DNA from: Prolixibacteraceae bacterium
GTDB taxonomy: Bacteria; Bacteroidota; Bacteroidia; Bacteroidales; Prolixibacteraceae
Assembly (NCBI GenBank): GCA_963677405.1
Contig: OY781961.1
Location: 2,253,123-2,317,122 of the forward strand
Direction: 5' to 3'
Length of the DNA stretch: 64,000 bases
In this document: positions 37,322 through 46,915 of the stretch, piece after piece
Layout: every line of letters begins with the position of its first letter
How positions within the stretch are numbered: position 1 is the stretch's first letter
The notes under the pieces: generated by a model
Seen by the model: the letters and a program-made list of their open reading frames with translations, nothing else
Database searches by the model: none
Told to the model about the DNA's origin: nothing
Made by a program: the position numbers and the translations under genes

Positions 37322-39301
37322 TTAATCCCACTTGTTAAGTTTATTCTTATACACATAATTGGCCGACTGATAATAAATAATGGCTTCGTTTTCAATTTCA
37401 GGGTCAGTAACTTCAACCTTCATTTCACCGGTTTGAGCATTGATCTTATAATGAGTTATCTTTTGCTGAGGACTTAAAATTGATAAGCGGTCGTTTTTGA
37501 TGTAACCCAGTTTCTGGTAGTTTGAGATAAACGCCCGTTCTTCTTCCGGAGTCATTTTCAGAATGTCTTTCCCAAAGAATTTTGTTTTATAACTCCAGTT
37601 CATAACACCTAACAAGGTTGGGGCAACATCAATCTGACTACAAAGTTTGCTTATTTGTTGCGGACGAACCAGTCCCGGATTATAGATCATAAATGGAATC
37701 TGATATTCCATAAATGGCAATTCGGCCTGTCCGGCGCTTCCGGCACAATGGTCGGCAACAATAACAAAAATCGTGTTTTTAAACCAAGGCTTTTCGCTTG
37801 CTTTTTGAATGAATTCGCCAATTGCAAAGTCACAATATTTTATTCCGCCGGCACGGGTAGTATGCGATGGAATATCAATTACTCCATCAGGATAAGTAAA
37901 TGGACGATGGTTCGATGTGGTCATCAGGTGATTCAGAAATGGTTTTCCCGCCGCAAACGACTTGTCGCATTCTTTCAATGTCCGGTTAAACAGATCCTGA
38001 TCGCACACACCCCAGGCATTTTTAAACGTAATTTCGTCCTCTTTCAGATCACTTCGATCAACAATCTGGTAGCCATTGTGCGAGAAAAAATAGTTCATGT
38101 TGTCGAAATAGCCATAGCCGCCATAGATGTATTTCAGATCATATCCGCGTTCTTTGAAGATTTGCCCAACCGAAAACATATTTTCATTGTTTGCACGTTT
38201 AACCACACTTTGTCCGGGTTTGGGCGGTGCCCCAAGAGTTACTGCTTCCAATCCGTAAATGGTGCGCGTTCCAACAGCATACAGGTTAGTGAATAACAGG
38301 GAACTATCGGCAATGGCATCCAGATAGGGAGTTACATTCCCTTTGTATTTGGTCACATTTCCACTGAAATCCCAAGGATTTTCTTTTTTATTTCGCTTAA
38401 ATCCCAGAAACTCGGCGCTTAAACTTTCAACCGTGATAAATACCACATTGTACCGTTTTTCTTCGCCCGAATTGGTAATTTCTCTTGTTATATCAAGGGG
38501 TTCGCTCCTCAGGTACTGGCTGTTTTCGCTTTTCAGCAAATTACGAAGCTGCTTGAAATTCTCCTGATTATCACGAACTGCATAAAAAAGATCGTAATCG
38601 AGTTCACTGTTTAGGAAAGCTGCAAATAACGAATGAATACCGTTTTTAGCCAACTCATTGTTGTAGCGGTTTTTGGTAATTTCTACAGTTGTATTTTTAA
38701 TCAGGATAAACGATAATGCCGGGATACAGAGCAAAATCAATCCAGATTTCAGCCTGCTTTTAAAGATACTTTTACTGGCCAACGATTCAACCAGTAATTT
38801 CTTTTTCACAACCAAATAAGTGAGAATAATGTCGGCTGTAAGTATGCCTGAAACCAATAATGGCAGCGGATACGATTCCTTGATATTTCCAAGAACCTCG
38901 GTAGTGTAAACCAGATAGTCAACAGCTATAAAGTTGTATCTTATCCCAAATTCTTCCCAAAAGAAATACTCCGAAACGCCATTAAATAAAAGAATATAGA
39001 AGGTTATAAAATAAGCCACATAGGCAAAGATCCGGTGAAATGCTGAATTGAAAAACCGGTCAGAAACAAACATCAGGAAAAGTACGAAGGGAATCATGAA
39101 ATACGAGAACGCAACAGTGTCCATGAACAAACCAGCGCCATACGACCAAATGATAATCAGCGGATTAAAGCTGACATCTTTGAACGACATACTCAACAAA
39201 ACCGTTCTGCTGACCAGTGAAATCGAGATGAAAACAAGATAAAGTAAAAGGATTCCGCCAAACCGGCGATGAAGGATATTTTTCAGATTTTTAATGCTCA
39301 T
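37322..39301 (-). CDS. LTA synthase family / sulfatase-like membrane protein
   Basis: N-terminal TM bundle; NVVFITVESLS, TPYLD, GTRT, TTSNHRPF, VIVADH, SQIDVAPT. Confidence 0.92.
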   Translation of the reverse strand: MSIKNLKNILHRRFGGILLLYLVFISISLVSRTVLLSMSFKDVSFNPLIIIWSYGAGLFMDTVAFSYFMIPFVLFLMFVSDRFFNSAFHRIFAYVAYFITFYILLFNGVSEYFFWEEFGIRYNFIAVDYLVYTTEVLGNIKESYPLPLLVSGILTADIILTYLVVKKKLLVESLASKSIFKSRLKSGLILLCIPALSFILIKNTTVEITKNRYNNELAKNGIHSLFAAFLNSELDYDLFYAVRDNQENFKQLRNLLKSENSQYLRSEPLDITREITNSGEEKRYNVVFITVESLSAEFLGFKRNKKENPWDFSGNVTKYKGNVTPYLDAIADSSLLFTNLYAVGTRTIYGLEAVTLGAPPKPGQSVVKRANNENMFSVGQIFKERGYDLKYIYGGYGYFDNMNYFFSHNGYQIVDRSDLKEDEITFKNAWGVCDQDLFNRTLKECDKSFAAGKPFLNHLMTTSNHRPFTYPDGVIDIPSHTTRAGGIKYCDFAIGEFIQKASEKPWFKNTIFVIVADHCAGSAGQAELPFMEYQIPFMIYNPGLVRPQQISKLCSQIDVAPTLLGVMNWSYKTKFFGKDILKMTPEEERAFISNYQKLGYIKNDRLSILSPQQKITHYKINAQTGEMKVEVTDPEIENEAIIYYQSANYVYKNKLNKWD

Positions 39302-39507
39302 TATTTTTAATGATTTATTTCAGAATGAAGATTTTGCCTAACAATCAATTTTATCAGTAAGACAAATATAGAATAATTCTTATTGTCTGCTTCTTGCAGA
39401 TTATTTCATGTTGACTTATCCCTGATTTCCTTCTGAATTTTGTGTTAAAACTCGCGCTTCAATAGAAATGGATTGAACGTTTTGCCTGTTAATCCTGATG
39501 GATTGAC

Positions 39508-39515
39508 TATATTTG
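39508..39515 (+). promoter_or_regulatory. Bacteroidota -7 element upstream of fumarase
   Basis: TATATTTG; supports a start at 39585 rather than 39513. Confidence 0.6.
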
Positions 39516-39584
39516 TTACCGTTTCAAGCCCTTACGTTTGATTCGGAATTAAATCTATTAATCACTCATTTACAACACAATAAA

Positions 39585-41189
39585 ATGTCCAAATTCGCTT
39601 ATCAAAAACCATTTCCGATTAAGAAAGATACCACTGCGTATCGCCTTTTAACTAAAGATTTTGTATCGACTGTTGAGTTTGATGGTCGTAAAATTTTAAA
39701 AGTTGCTCCTGAAGGACTTGAACTTCTGGCTAAAGAAGCTTTTGCCGATGTTTCGTTCTACCTGCGTGCTGCGCACCTCGAAAAGCTGGCATTAATTCTG
39801 AAAGATCCGGAAGCGACCGATAACGACCGCTTTGTAGCCTACACCATGCTGATGAATCAGGTTGTTTCTGCTGAAGGCGAATTGCCAACTTGCCAGGATA
39901 CCGGAACAGCCATCGTAATGGGTAAAAAAGGTGAAAATGTTTATACTGGCGCCGACGATGCCGAATACCTTTCGAAAGGAATTTACAATACGTATCAGGA
40001 ACGGAATCTGCGCTACTCACAAGTGGTGCCGTTTACCATGACCGAGGAGAAAAATACGGGAACAAACCTGCCTGCCCAAATTGATATTTATGCTGAAAAA
40101 GGAAACGCCTACGAATTCCTTTTCATTACCAAAGGCGGTGGTTCGGGCAACAAAACATACTTGTATCAGCAAACCAAGTCTTTGCTTACCGAAGAAAACC
40201 TGACCAAATTCATTAAAGAGAAAATTATGGATTTAGGAACTTCGGCTTGTCCTCCATACCATTTGGCTGTTGTTGTTGGCGGAACTTCTGCTGAAGCCAA
40301 TTTGGCAACCGTTAAAAAAGCATCTGCCGGTTATTTGGATCACCTGCCAACCGAAGGAAACGAAGGTGGACAGGCTTTTCGCGATCTGGAATGGGAAAAG
40401 AAGATTGAAAAAATTGCACAGGAATGTGGCCTTGGCGCTCAGTTTGGTGGCAAATACTTTGTTCACGATGTTCGGGTGATTCGTTTACCCCGCCATGCAG
40501 CTTCTTGTCCGGTTGGAATTGGCGTTAGTTGCTCGGCCGACCGCAACATCAAAGCCAAAATTACCGAAGACGGAATTTTCCTGGAAGAATTGGAAAAGAA
40601 TCCGGCACGCTTCCTTCCGGCAATGGCTCCACACATGCAACCTGCTGTAGATATTGATCTGGATCAGCCGATGGAAGATGTATTGAAAAAATTATCGCAA
40701 TATCCGATTAAAACGCGCCTGAACCTTTCAGGAACATTGATTGTAGCACGCGACATGGCTCACCTTCGCCTGAAAGAAATGTTGGATGCCGGTCAGCCAA
40801 TGCCTGAATACCTGAAACGGTATCCGGTTTATTACGCAGGACCTGCAAAAACACCAAAAGGCATGGCTTCAGGAAGTTTTGGACCAACAACAGCCGGGCG
40901 CATGGATCCATACGTTGATTTCTTTATGAGCAAAGGTGGTTCGATGGTGATGGTTGCCAAAGGAAACCGCTCACAACAAGTGACCGATGCCTGCAAAAAA
41001 CATGGCGGATTCTACCTCGGTTCTATTGGCGGACCAGCAGCAATTCTGGCCAAGGATAGCATCAAATCGAGCGAAGTAATTGACATGGAAGAACTCGGAA
41101 TGGAAGCCGTTCGCAAAATCCGTATCAAAAACTTCCCTGCATTTATTATTGTTGATGATAAAGGAAACGACTTTTTCAAGCAGTTATAG
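39585..41189 (+). CDS. fumA: Fumarate hydratase class I (Fe-S)
   Basis: [47 protein letters not shown]-like AKGNR. Confidence 0.96.
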   Translation: MSKFAYQKPFPIKKDTTAYRLLTKDFVSTVEFDGRKILKVAPEGLELLAKEAFADVSFYLRAAHLEKLALILKDPEATDNDRFVAYTMLMNQVVSAEGELPTCQDTGTAIVMGKKGENVYTGADDAEYLSKGIYNTYQERNLRYSQVVPFTMTEEKNTGTNLPAQIDIYAEKGNAYEFLFITKGGGSGNKTYLYQQTKSLLTEENLTKFIKEKIMDLGTSACPPYHLAVVVGGTSAEANLATVKKASAGYLDHLPTEGNEGGQAFRDLEWEKKIEKIAQECGLGAQFGGKYFVHDVRVIRLPRHAASCPVGIGVSCSADRNIKAKITEDGIFLEELEKNPARFLPAMAPHMQPAVDIDLDQPMEDVLKKLSQYPIKTRLNLSGTLIVARDMAHLRLKEMLDAGQPMPEYLKRYPVYYAGPAKTPKGMASGSFGPTTAGRMDPYVDFFMSKGGSMVMVAKGNRSQQVTDACKKHGGFYLGSIGGPAAILAKDSIKSSEVIDMEELGMEAVRKIRIKNFPAFIIVDDKGNDFFKQL

Positions 41190-41246
41190 TCTAGTTGCTA
41201 CAAAGGAGCAAAGAGGCAAATAGATATTTAATTTTTGTCTATATTT

Positions 41247-41285
41247 AGTGAGCGGGTGACTTCGAGTCACCCGCTCACTTTTTTA
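41247..41285 (+). terminator. Rho-independent terminator
   Basis: 15-bp perfect stem AGTGAGCGGGTGACT-TCG-AGTCACCCGCTCACT followed by a T run. Confidence 0.9.
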
Positions 41286-41366
41286 TATTTTGAATTATCA
41301 ATGATAAAAACCGCTGGAACCTTTGTTTAAGCTCTGTGTTCTCTGTGGTTAATAAACAATTTCGCC

Positions 41367-41744
41367 ATGGAATTAGTCAACCTACAAAACAACAACATCG
41401 AATTTTTCCTGAATAAGGAAGACATCATCCAGGAAACAGCGCAGCAAATCATGAAAGATTTTGGCATGTTTGGCATTGAAATTACTTTCTCCGGAAATGT
41501 AGAAAATGCCTACCATGAGCTTCATGAGCAACTGATTAACCAGATTTCGGTGTATCTCGACCGCGATTACAGCCGATTGATGGCCGTTTTGTATCAGGTT
41601 GACATTACTGAACACGAAATAGCTAAAACAACGCAGGAACTACCTCATTACAACGATTTGGAAGTTTTGGCTCATCAGGTCATCTTCCGCGATTTGAAAA
41701 AAGTGTTGTATCGGCGGTATTATAAATCGAAATCAGAAGAGTAA
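41367..41744 (+). CDS. Conserved hypothetical protein
   Basis: 125-aa ORF with normal composition (LMAVLYQVDITE...LA..VIFRDLKKV); no family confidently recognised. Confidence 0.7.
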   Translation: MELVNLQNNNIEFFLNKEDIIQETAQQIMKDFGMFGIEITFSGNVENAYHELHEQLINQISVYLDRDYSRLMAVLYQVDITEHEIAKTTQELPHYNDLEVLAHQVIFRDLKKVLYRRYYKSKSEE

Positions 41745-41799
41745 AAGGGAAATAAAAACGTCCTGTGGGAAAAATCGCACAAGACGTTTATTGCATAAC

Positions 41800-42297
41800 T
41801 TACTTACCGATTGAGGCAAGCTTATTATTTACCAGCACACACCATTTTTCGGCCAGTTGAAGTTCTCCTGTTAATGTTAAACGATCAGTATTTGCATCAA
41901 AAAACTCAACAACAACATCAGCTTTGCTTTTATCCTTGTTGATGAATGCCAGATCGATCCGGTCGAACGCAATTGCATTGCCTTCCTTGGGGCCCGATGT
42001 ACGGCTCACTTCGATTACCCTGCACCGGAAAATTTCGGCAAGGTTTACTACAATACTGGTTTCTTTTTCCTTCTTTTTCCGAATTGCAAAAACAGTATTT
42101 TGAGTTTCGTCTATGCCTATAACCGAGTCGTTCCAAATGTCATATTGCGAGATTTTACAATTATCTTTTTCAGCTAACCGGCTAAGAGGTTGTAAAAATT
42201 GTGCTTCTTTTTTCTTTTTACTTCTGCTATTTAGTATGTAAAGAGTAATGCCGAAGAGTACGATTATACCTCCGATTACTATTGTATTTGAATCCAT
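41800..42297 (-). CDS. Hypothetical protein with N-terminal membrane anchor
   Basis: IVIGGIIVLFGITLYIL followed by a basic stretch and a beta-rich domain. Confidence 0.7.
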   Translation of the reverse strand: MDSNTIVIGGIIVLFGITLYILNSRSKKKKEAQFLQPLSRLAEKDNCKISQYDIWNDSVIGIDETQNTVFAIRKKKEKETSIVVNLAEIFRCRVIEVSRTSGPKEGNAIAFDRIDLAFINKDKSKADVVVEFFDANTDRLTLTGELQLAEKWCVLVNNKLASIGK

Positions 42298-42411
42298 TTT
42301 TGATTTGTTTAAAACGTAAATATATGATCTGCCTGGGCATAGCTATATCAGCCATGTCTGCAAAATGAAAATAGAATTGCCTTGCATCAACAAGAAATAG
42401 GAATAAACGGA

Positions 42412-42780
42412 TTACCAGAAATAATGGAAAGGGAATATGATGTCGGTAGGCTTGAACCCAATCGCCAGATTTTTAGAACTATAAATGTAAGGTAAGTATT
42501 TAGTAAAAAGCAACTTACCAGCGGCAATCGGACAAGCAGAAAATTGATTAAAAGAGTTCTTAAATGTGGTACGCGAAAAAGAGCTGTAAACACTTGCCAG
42601 ACTTTCGGTTCGTTCTGAGTTACAAAACAAACTCATCGAATCGGACGAAGTAAAAATAACCTGATTCCCAGATTTTGTGAGGGCATTCGAATTGTACACA
42701 TTTCCGCTGTATATGCCTATCATTAAGGAATACAGAACGGAAATACTCAAAACAGTACCTATCTTCAGAAATCTTTTCAC
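42412..42780 (-). CDS. Hypothetical protein ending IIFPFHYFW
   Basis: N-terminal hydrophobic segment, Ser-rich middle and a distinctive aromatic C-terminal motif. Confidence 0.6.
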   Translation of the reverse strand: MKRFLKIGTVLSISVLYSLMIGIYSGNVYNSNALTKSGNQVIFTSSDSMSLFCNSERTESLASVYSSFSRTTFKNSFNQFSACPIAAGKLLFTKYLPYIYSSKNLAIGFKPTDIIFPFHYFW

Positions 42781-42995
42781 GGCACAAAAATAAACTATTT
42801 GGCTTAATGTTTAACCTGATTTAAGAAAATCGAGTGGTCGGGTTAATGTTGTTTTCATATTCTTCATCAGGAGTTTGTACCAGAATCTACTGGTTATATA
42901 CCGATGCTGAATTAAATTAACAATGACAGATTCCTATTTTGAGATTCCTCTCTACGTATCGGATGACTTCCCTTCATTCGAAGTTTAACCAAATA

Positions 42996-44222
42996 CTAAT
43001 TTTTAAACAACTCCAGATTAAACTGTTCCTGATAGGTTTTATCCAGAAACCGATCAACCCAATTGTAGAACGATTGTATGTTTTGAGAGGTGCAATCTTT
43101 TTTCTCCAGATCCGATTCTTTTTCAAATATCATCGACTCAATGGGTTGCAGCAACTGCACATATCCGGTCTTTTGCTTGTTAATAACAGCCGACAAATTG
43201 ATGTAATTATTCATCCGATCATAAGTTACCGGAAAACACTCTTCTTTAAACTTTAGGGCTGCCGAACAAATTGGCGATTTAAACTGATCGTTCATTGTTA
43301 CAGCCTTGGGCAAGTTTTCGCCTCCTGCAATCCAAACCGGTATGGCGACTGATGTCAGCGGAAAACCCAATACTGTCCACATCATGGCCTGATCAACGTT
43401 TTCCTTATCTTTTGCTCCAACAATACAAATAGCCGCCGAAGTGATAACCCGAGGAATGTAATCGATAAAAAACTTAAATTCAGGAACATCTCTTTTTGCC
43501 GGAAGTTCGGCCCACAAATCGGTTTTGGTTAACGAGTGGGTGAGGTTGCGCGACAAGTGATTAAACAAAAACGAAGGTGTCAGTTTTTTATCAGCGGCAG
43601 CCTGATTTAATACTCCTTCGGCAGTGTGATACCGGCAGAAGCCAAAACCTTTGGTCAGATCGGCACGCATTGAATGATTGGTGCGTACTAGAAGTCCATT
43701 GGGAGCAATCGTCGGATCGTTGGCATCGTATTTTTTAAAATCGCGGTTACCCGTCTCGTAATAAGCTGCTCCACCAGAAGCATCAATAACGCCGAAATTA
43801 GCATCAACACCCATTGGCTTTGGCAGTGTTTCCAGCAATTTTTCAAAATCGGACAACGTTTGACAAGTTTGCAGAGCCAGCTTCATTACAACTCCTTCCT
43901 GATCCATAAATTTGGTGGTATCGCCCAGGTTATTGTTGTAAGCTGCTGTATTGATGATTGCAAATCCAGTTTCGTTGTATCCGCCCCAAATGGCTTTGCT
44001 CCAATCTTTCGTGCCGTCAACCAGACCAATGTATTTGTATTTGCCATCTGTAAAATAGGCCAGCGAATTTTGCATCTCGTCGGTATCGCGGTTCTTAAAA
44101 AGCATTGGCCTGCCATCAGCAGTGTATTTTCCTGAAATAAGGAATGTTGTACACGCAAACGTTTGAACAACAAACATCAGTAGTAATCCGGTAATACATA
44201 CAAGAGTTAACTTCTTATCCAT
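42996..44222 (-). CDS. Secreted Ntn-hydrolase (C45/C69-like, N-terminal Cys nucleophile)
   Basis: Signal peptide ending FA|CTT, then DGRPMLFKNRD, GYNETGFAI.N, ANFGVIDA; start reassigned to 44222. Confidence 0.8.
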   Translation of the reverse strand: MDKKLTLVCITGLLLMFVVQTFACTTFLISGKYTADGRPMLFKNRDTDEMQNSLAYFTDGKYKYIGLVDGTKDWSKAIWGGYNETGFAIINTAAYNNNLGDTTKFMDQEGVVMKLALQTCQTLSDFEKLLETLPKPMGVDANFGVIDASGGAAYYETGNRDFKKYDANDPTIAPNGLLVRTNHSMRADLTKGFGFCRYHTAEGVLNQAAADKKLTPSFLFNHLSRNLTHSLTKTDLWAELPAKRDVPEFKFFIDYIPRVITSAAICIVGAKDKENVDQAMMWTVLGFPLTSVAIPVWIAGGENLPKAVTMNDQFKSPICSAALKFKEECFPVTYDRMNNYINLSAVINKQKTGYVQLLQPIESMIFEKESDLEKKDCTSQNIQSFYNWVDRFLDKTYQEQFNLELFKN

Positions 44223-44276
44223 TTGAAAATATTTTAGATCATTTTGGAGTACATACAAAAGTGCAATTTTATCAGT

Positions 44277-45164
44277 TCAATTCCCCTTCAAAAGTATAAT
44301 AACAATTGACCCAACAATCATAATGGCTGTGCCAATTAACTTTTTGCGGATTCCAAGTTCTTTAAATATCCGATGTCCGAGCAATACACTAACAATCGTT
44401 GAAAGCTGAAAGAGCGACAACGCATATCCAACCGGCATATGATCGAACGTGTAATTGGTGGTAAACTGCATGGTTCCAACGCAAACGACTAAAAGGGCAT
44501 ACTTGCTTAAATCAGGTTGATCTACTTTCTTCAGTTCCTTTTTAAAATCGAGTCGATACACAAACAAGAGAAGGAACGAAAAAATGGCACCAAACCAGCA
44601 CCAACTCACAAAAGCCAATGTTGGGGATGAAACGATTATGATCTTCTTTATAAAAACGGCTTCGATAGCTGTTAGTATCATGGCCCAAATCCTGAACTGA
44701 ATTTCGCTTTTCTTCAGGATAGCCCAAGAAAATCGTTCTTCTGTCGTATCCAAAACGAAGTAGCTTCCATAAATAATTAATGCGATACCGAGAATTCCCC
44801 AAAAATTAGGTATTTCTTTCAGCAGAAAAATGCCTACAATTATTCCGACAACCGATTTATAGGAGTTGATTGGGCCAAGTACCGAAAGGTCTCCTTTTTG
44901 CAACGCCTTCACCAGAAAACCATTGCCCAGAGCGCCTGCAATTCCGCCAAGTACCGAATAAAACCAAAACTGTTGAGGCAACTCGTGCCAGCGAACGTTT
45001 AACGCGATAAAAATGCAAAAGAAAGAGAGTAGGAGGTAAGTCAGGAAATTAACCAGTAAAGGGTGATTCTTTTTCGCCGTGAGTTGCTTTTGAAAAACGT
45101 TCGCAAACGGATTGGAAAGTATCCGTAGTAAAACGGCCCCTGTGGTTAATAAAGTCTCAATCAT
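44277..45164 (-). CDS. EamA/DMT family transporter
   Basis: About 10 hydrophobic segments in two repeats; GDLSVLGPI, VGYALSLFQLS. Confidence 0.88.
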   Translation of the reverse strand: MIETLLTTGAVLLRILSNPFANVFQKQLTAKKNHPLLVNFLTYLLLSFFCIFIALNVRWHELPQQFWFYSVLGGIAGALGNGFLVKALQKGDLSVLGPINSYKSVVGIIVGIFLLKEIPNFWGILGIALIIYGSYFVLDTTEERFSWAILKKSEIQFRIWAMILTAIEAVFIKKIIIVSSPTLAFVSWCWFGAIFSFLLLFVYRLDFKKELKKVDQPDLSKYALLVVCVGTMQFTTNYTFDHMPVGYALSLFQLSTIVSVLLGHRIFKELGIRKKLIGTAIMIVGSIVIILLKGN

Positions 45165-45186
45165 TATATTTTGATTTGATCACCAA

Positions 45187-46014
45187 CTATTTTTGTTTTG
45201 CATCCGCATTCAAAAGTACATCATTCTCTAAAGCGTCAATCATTTCATCGGCTGAAGTAACCACTTTGCGGATGATGCCATTCTTATCAATGATGATGTG
45301 CGTTGGATATTCCTTTACATTTAAATCATAGAAAACAAATTGTTTTTGATCAGGAACAACGGCATATAGAAAAGGATTTTTCAGCAGAAAGGGTTCTAAT
45401 TTTTCCTTTAAGTCAAATGCCAGACTGATAAAAACGATGTCACTGTGATTTTTATATTTCTCAACGAGTTCGTTCAGCTTGGGGAATTCTTCAATACAAG
45501 GTGCGCAGGCTATAAACCAACATTTCAATACAACGATTTTACCTTTTGTATTCTCGTTCGAGTATTCAACACCATTCAAATCTTTTACATCAAATTTTGG
45601 AAAGAAAGAACCTTCAAGCCTGAAATTTTTAGATGCCTCCTCAGCAATGCTCTTTACCACATCGGGTATCGATTTGTCGGATGACTGATCGAGCTGAAAA
45701 AGCTTGTAATAAGTACTATCCGTAGAATTTAACTTTAAAGGAATGAAATCTCCCGTAGCCAAACTTTTCAAGAAAAGAGCTTTGCTAATCCGATTCGACG
45801 AATTATCCAGAGCTATAAAATTCGACGATAAAACAATGTTCTTGTTATGGTACATCCACCATAACGACTGGCTTTTCTTAATGCTTTCAAAATCAACATT
45901 GGGTTGACCATAATTCGGCTTCCTTGAACACGAAAGGATTGACATCAGAACAACCGACAATGCAAGTAAAATGTATTTCTTCATAGTAAGGAGTAAGAAA
46001 ATAATGTAGTACAA
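45187..46014 (-). CDS. TlpA-like thioredoxin-fold lipoprotein
   Basis: Lipobox ILSC; KGKIVVLKCWFIACAPCIEEFP (CxxC); YPTHIIIDKNG. Confidence 0.88.
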   Translation of the reverse strand: MYYIIFLLLTMKKYILLALSVVLMSILSCSRKPNYGQPNVDFESIKKSQSLWWMYHNKNIVLSSNFIALDNSSNRISKALFLKSLATGDFIPLKLNSTDSTYYKLFQLDQSSDKSIPDVVKSIAEEASKNFRLEGSFFPKFDVKDLNGVEYSNENTKGKIVVLKCWFIACAPCIEEFPKLNELVEKYKNHSDIVFISLAFDLKEKLEPFLLKNPFLYAVVPDQKQFVFYDLNVKEYPTHIIIDKNGIIRKVVTSADEMIDALENDVLLNADAKQK

Positions 46015-46057
46015 TATCAGAAACTATTTAAATTTTCTCCGGAAAGAGATAAAAGAT

Positions 46058-46675
46058 TTAGATAGCTCCAATCGACTGCAATTTAGCTTCCAGTTGGCTC
46101 GAGTTTTCAAAGTGAATTGCAATCAAACCAATATCTTCGGCTGCGTTAATGTTTTTCAGGTTATCATCGATAAAAATGGTATTCTCCGCTTTCAGATTAT
46201 ATCGGTCGAGCAATAGGTGGTATAACTTCTGATCAGGCTTAATTAATTTTTCTTCACCGGACACTACAATTCCATCGAACGCTTTAAAGAATGAAAACCG
46301 TTTGTAGGCAATTGGTATGGTTTCAGCCGACCAGTTTGTTAAACCGAAGATTTTGTATTTTTCTTTCAGTTGATACAACAGCGAAACCGTTTCGGGAATA
46401 TCGCTGTGAAGCATCACTTCCCATTGGTCGTAATAAAGCTGTATCAATGAATGATGTTCAGGAAATTTCTCCAATAACAAACGAGTACCATCGGCTAACG
46501 AACGTCCCCGGTCTTGTTCCAGATTCCATTCATCGGTACAAATGTGATGGAGGAAATGTTCCATTTTGCTTTCATCCTGAAAATAATTGCGATAAAGGTA
46601 CCTGGGATTCCAATCGACCAACACACCGCCAAAATCAAAAATTACATTTTCTACTTTCATAGGAATAGTGTGCAA
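46058..46675 (-). CDS. HAD-family phosphatase
   Basis: IFDFGGVL, LTNWS, KPD, FIDD. Confidence 0.93.
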   Translation of the reverse strand: MHTIPMKVENVIFDFGGVLVDWNPRYLYRNYFQDESKMEHFLHHICTDEWNLEQDRGRSLADGTRLLLEKFPEHHSLIQLYYDQWEVMLHSDIPETVSLLYQLKEKYKIFGLTNWSAETIPIAYKRFSFFKAFDGIVVSGEEKLIKPDQKLYHLLLDRYNLKAENTIFIDDNLKNINAAEDIGLIAIHFENSSQLEAKLQSIGAI

Positions 46676-46710
46676 AAAACGGGTTAAATTTAATACTATT
46701 CAAATATTTT

Positions 46711-46900
46711 GATGTTCAACCCCTTCAGGGTTGGATCAACAGTTGTCTCATTTTCCGTGGGTTATCACCCACGGAAATTCAAATTAAACCCATTCTGGGT
46801 TTTCACAAACTAAAGTCCGAAGGACTTGAATATGAATAACCTCCGGTGAAACCGGAGACATTGGAATGGATAAAATCAAGAACCCCAAAGAGGGTTCAAC
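46711..46900. repeat. BIME/REP-like cluster: two inverted three-hairpin units
   Basis: Stems at 46717-33, 46752-77 (11 bp perfect), 46786-802, 46813-27, 46841-57 and 46880-97; the right half read on the minus strand repeats the layout of the left half. Confidence 0.8.
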
Positions 46901-46915
46901 TTTAGTTTTATAAAT

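Noticed and set aside
46711-46900. CRISPR array or tRNA
   Set aside because: No identical direct repeats with unique spacers, and no cloverleaf, T-loop or CCA; the hairpins differ in sequence.
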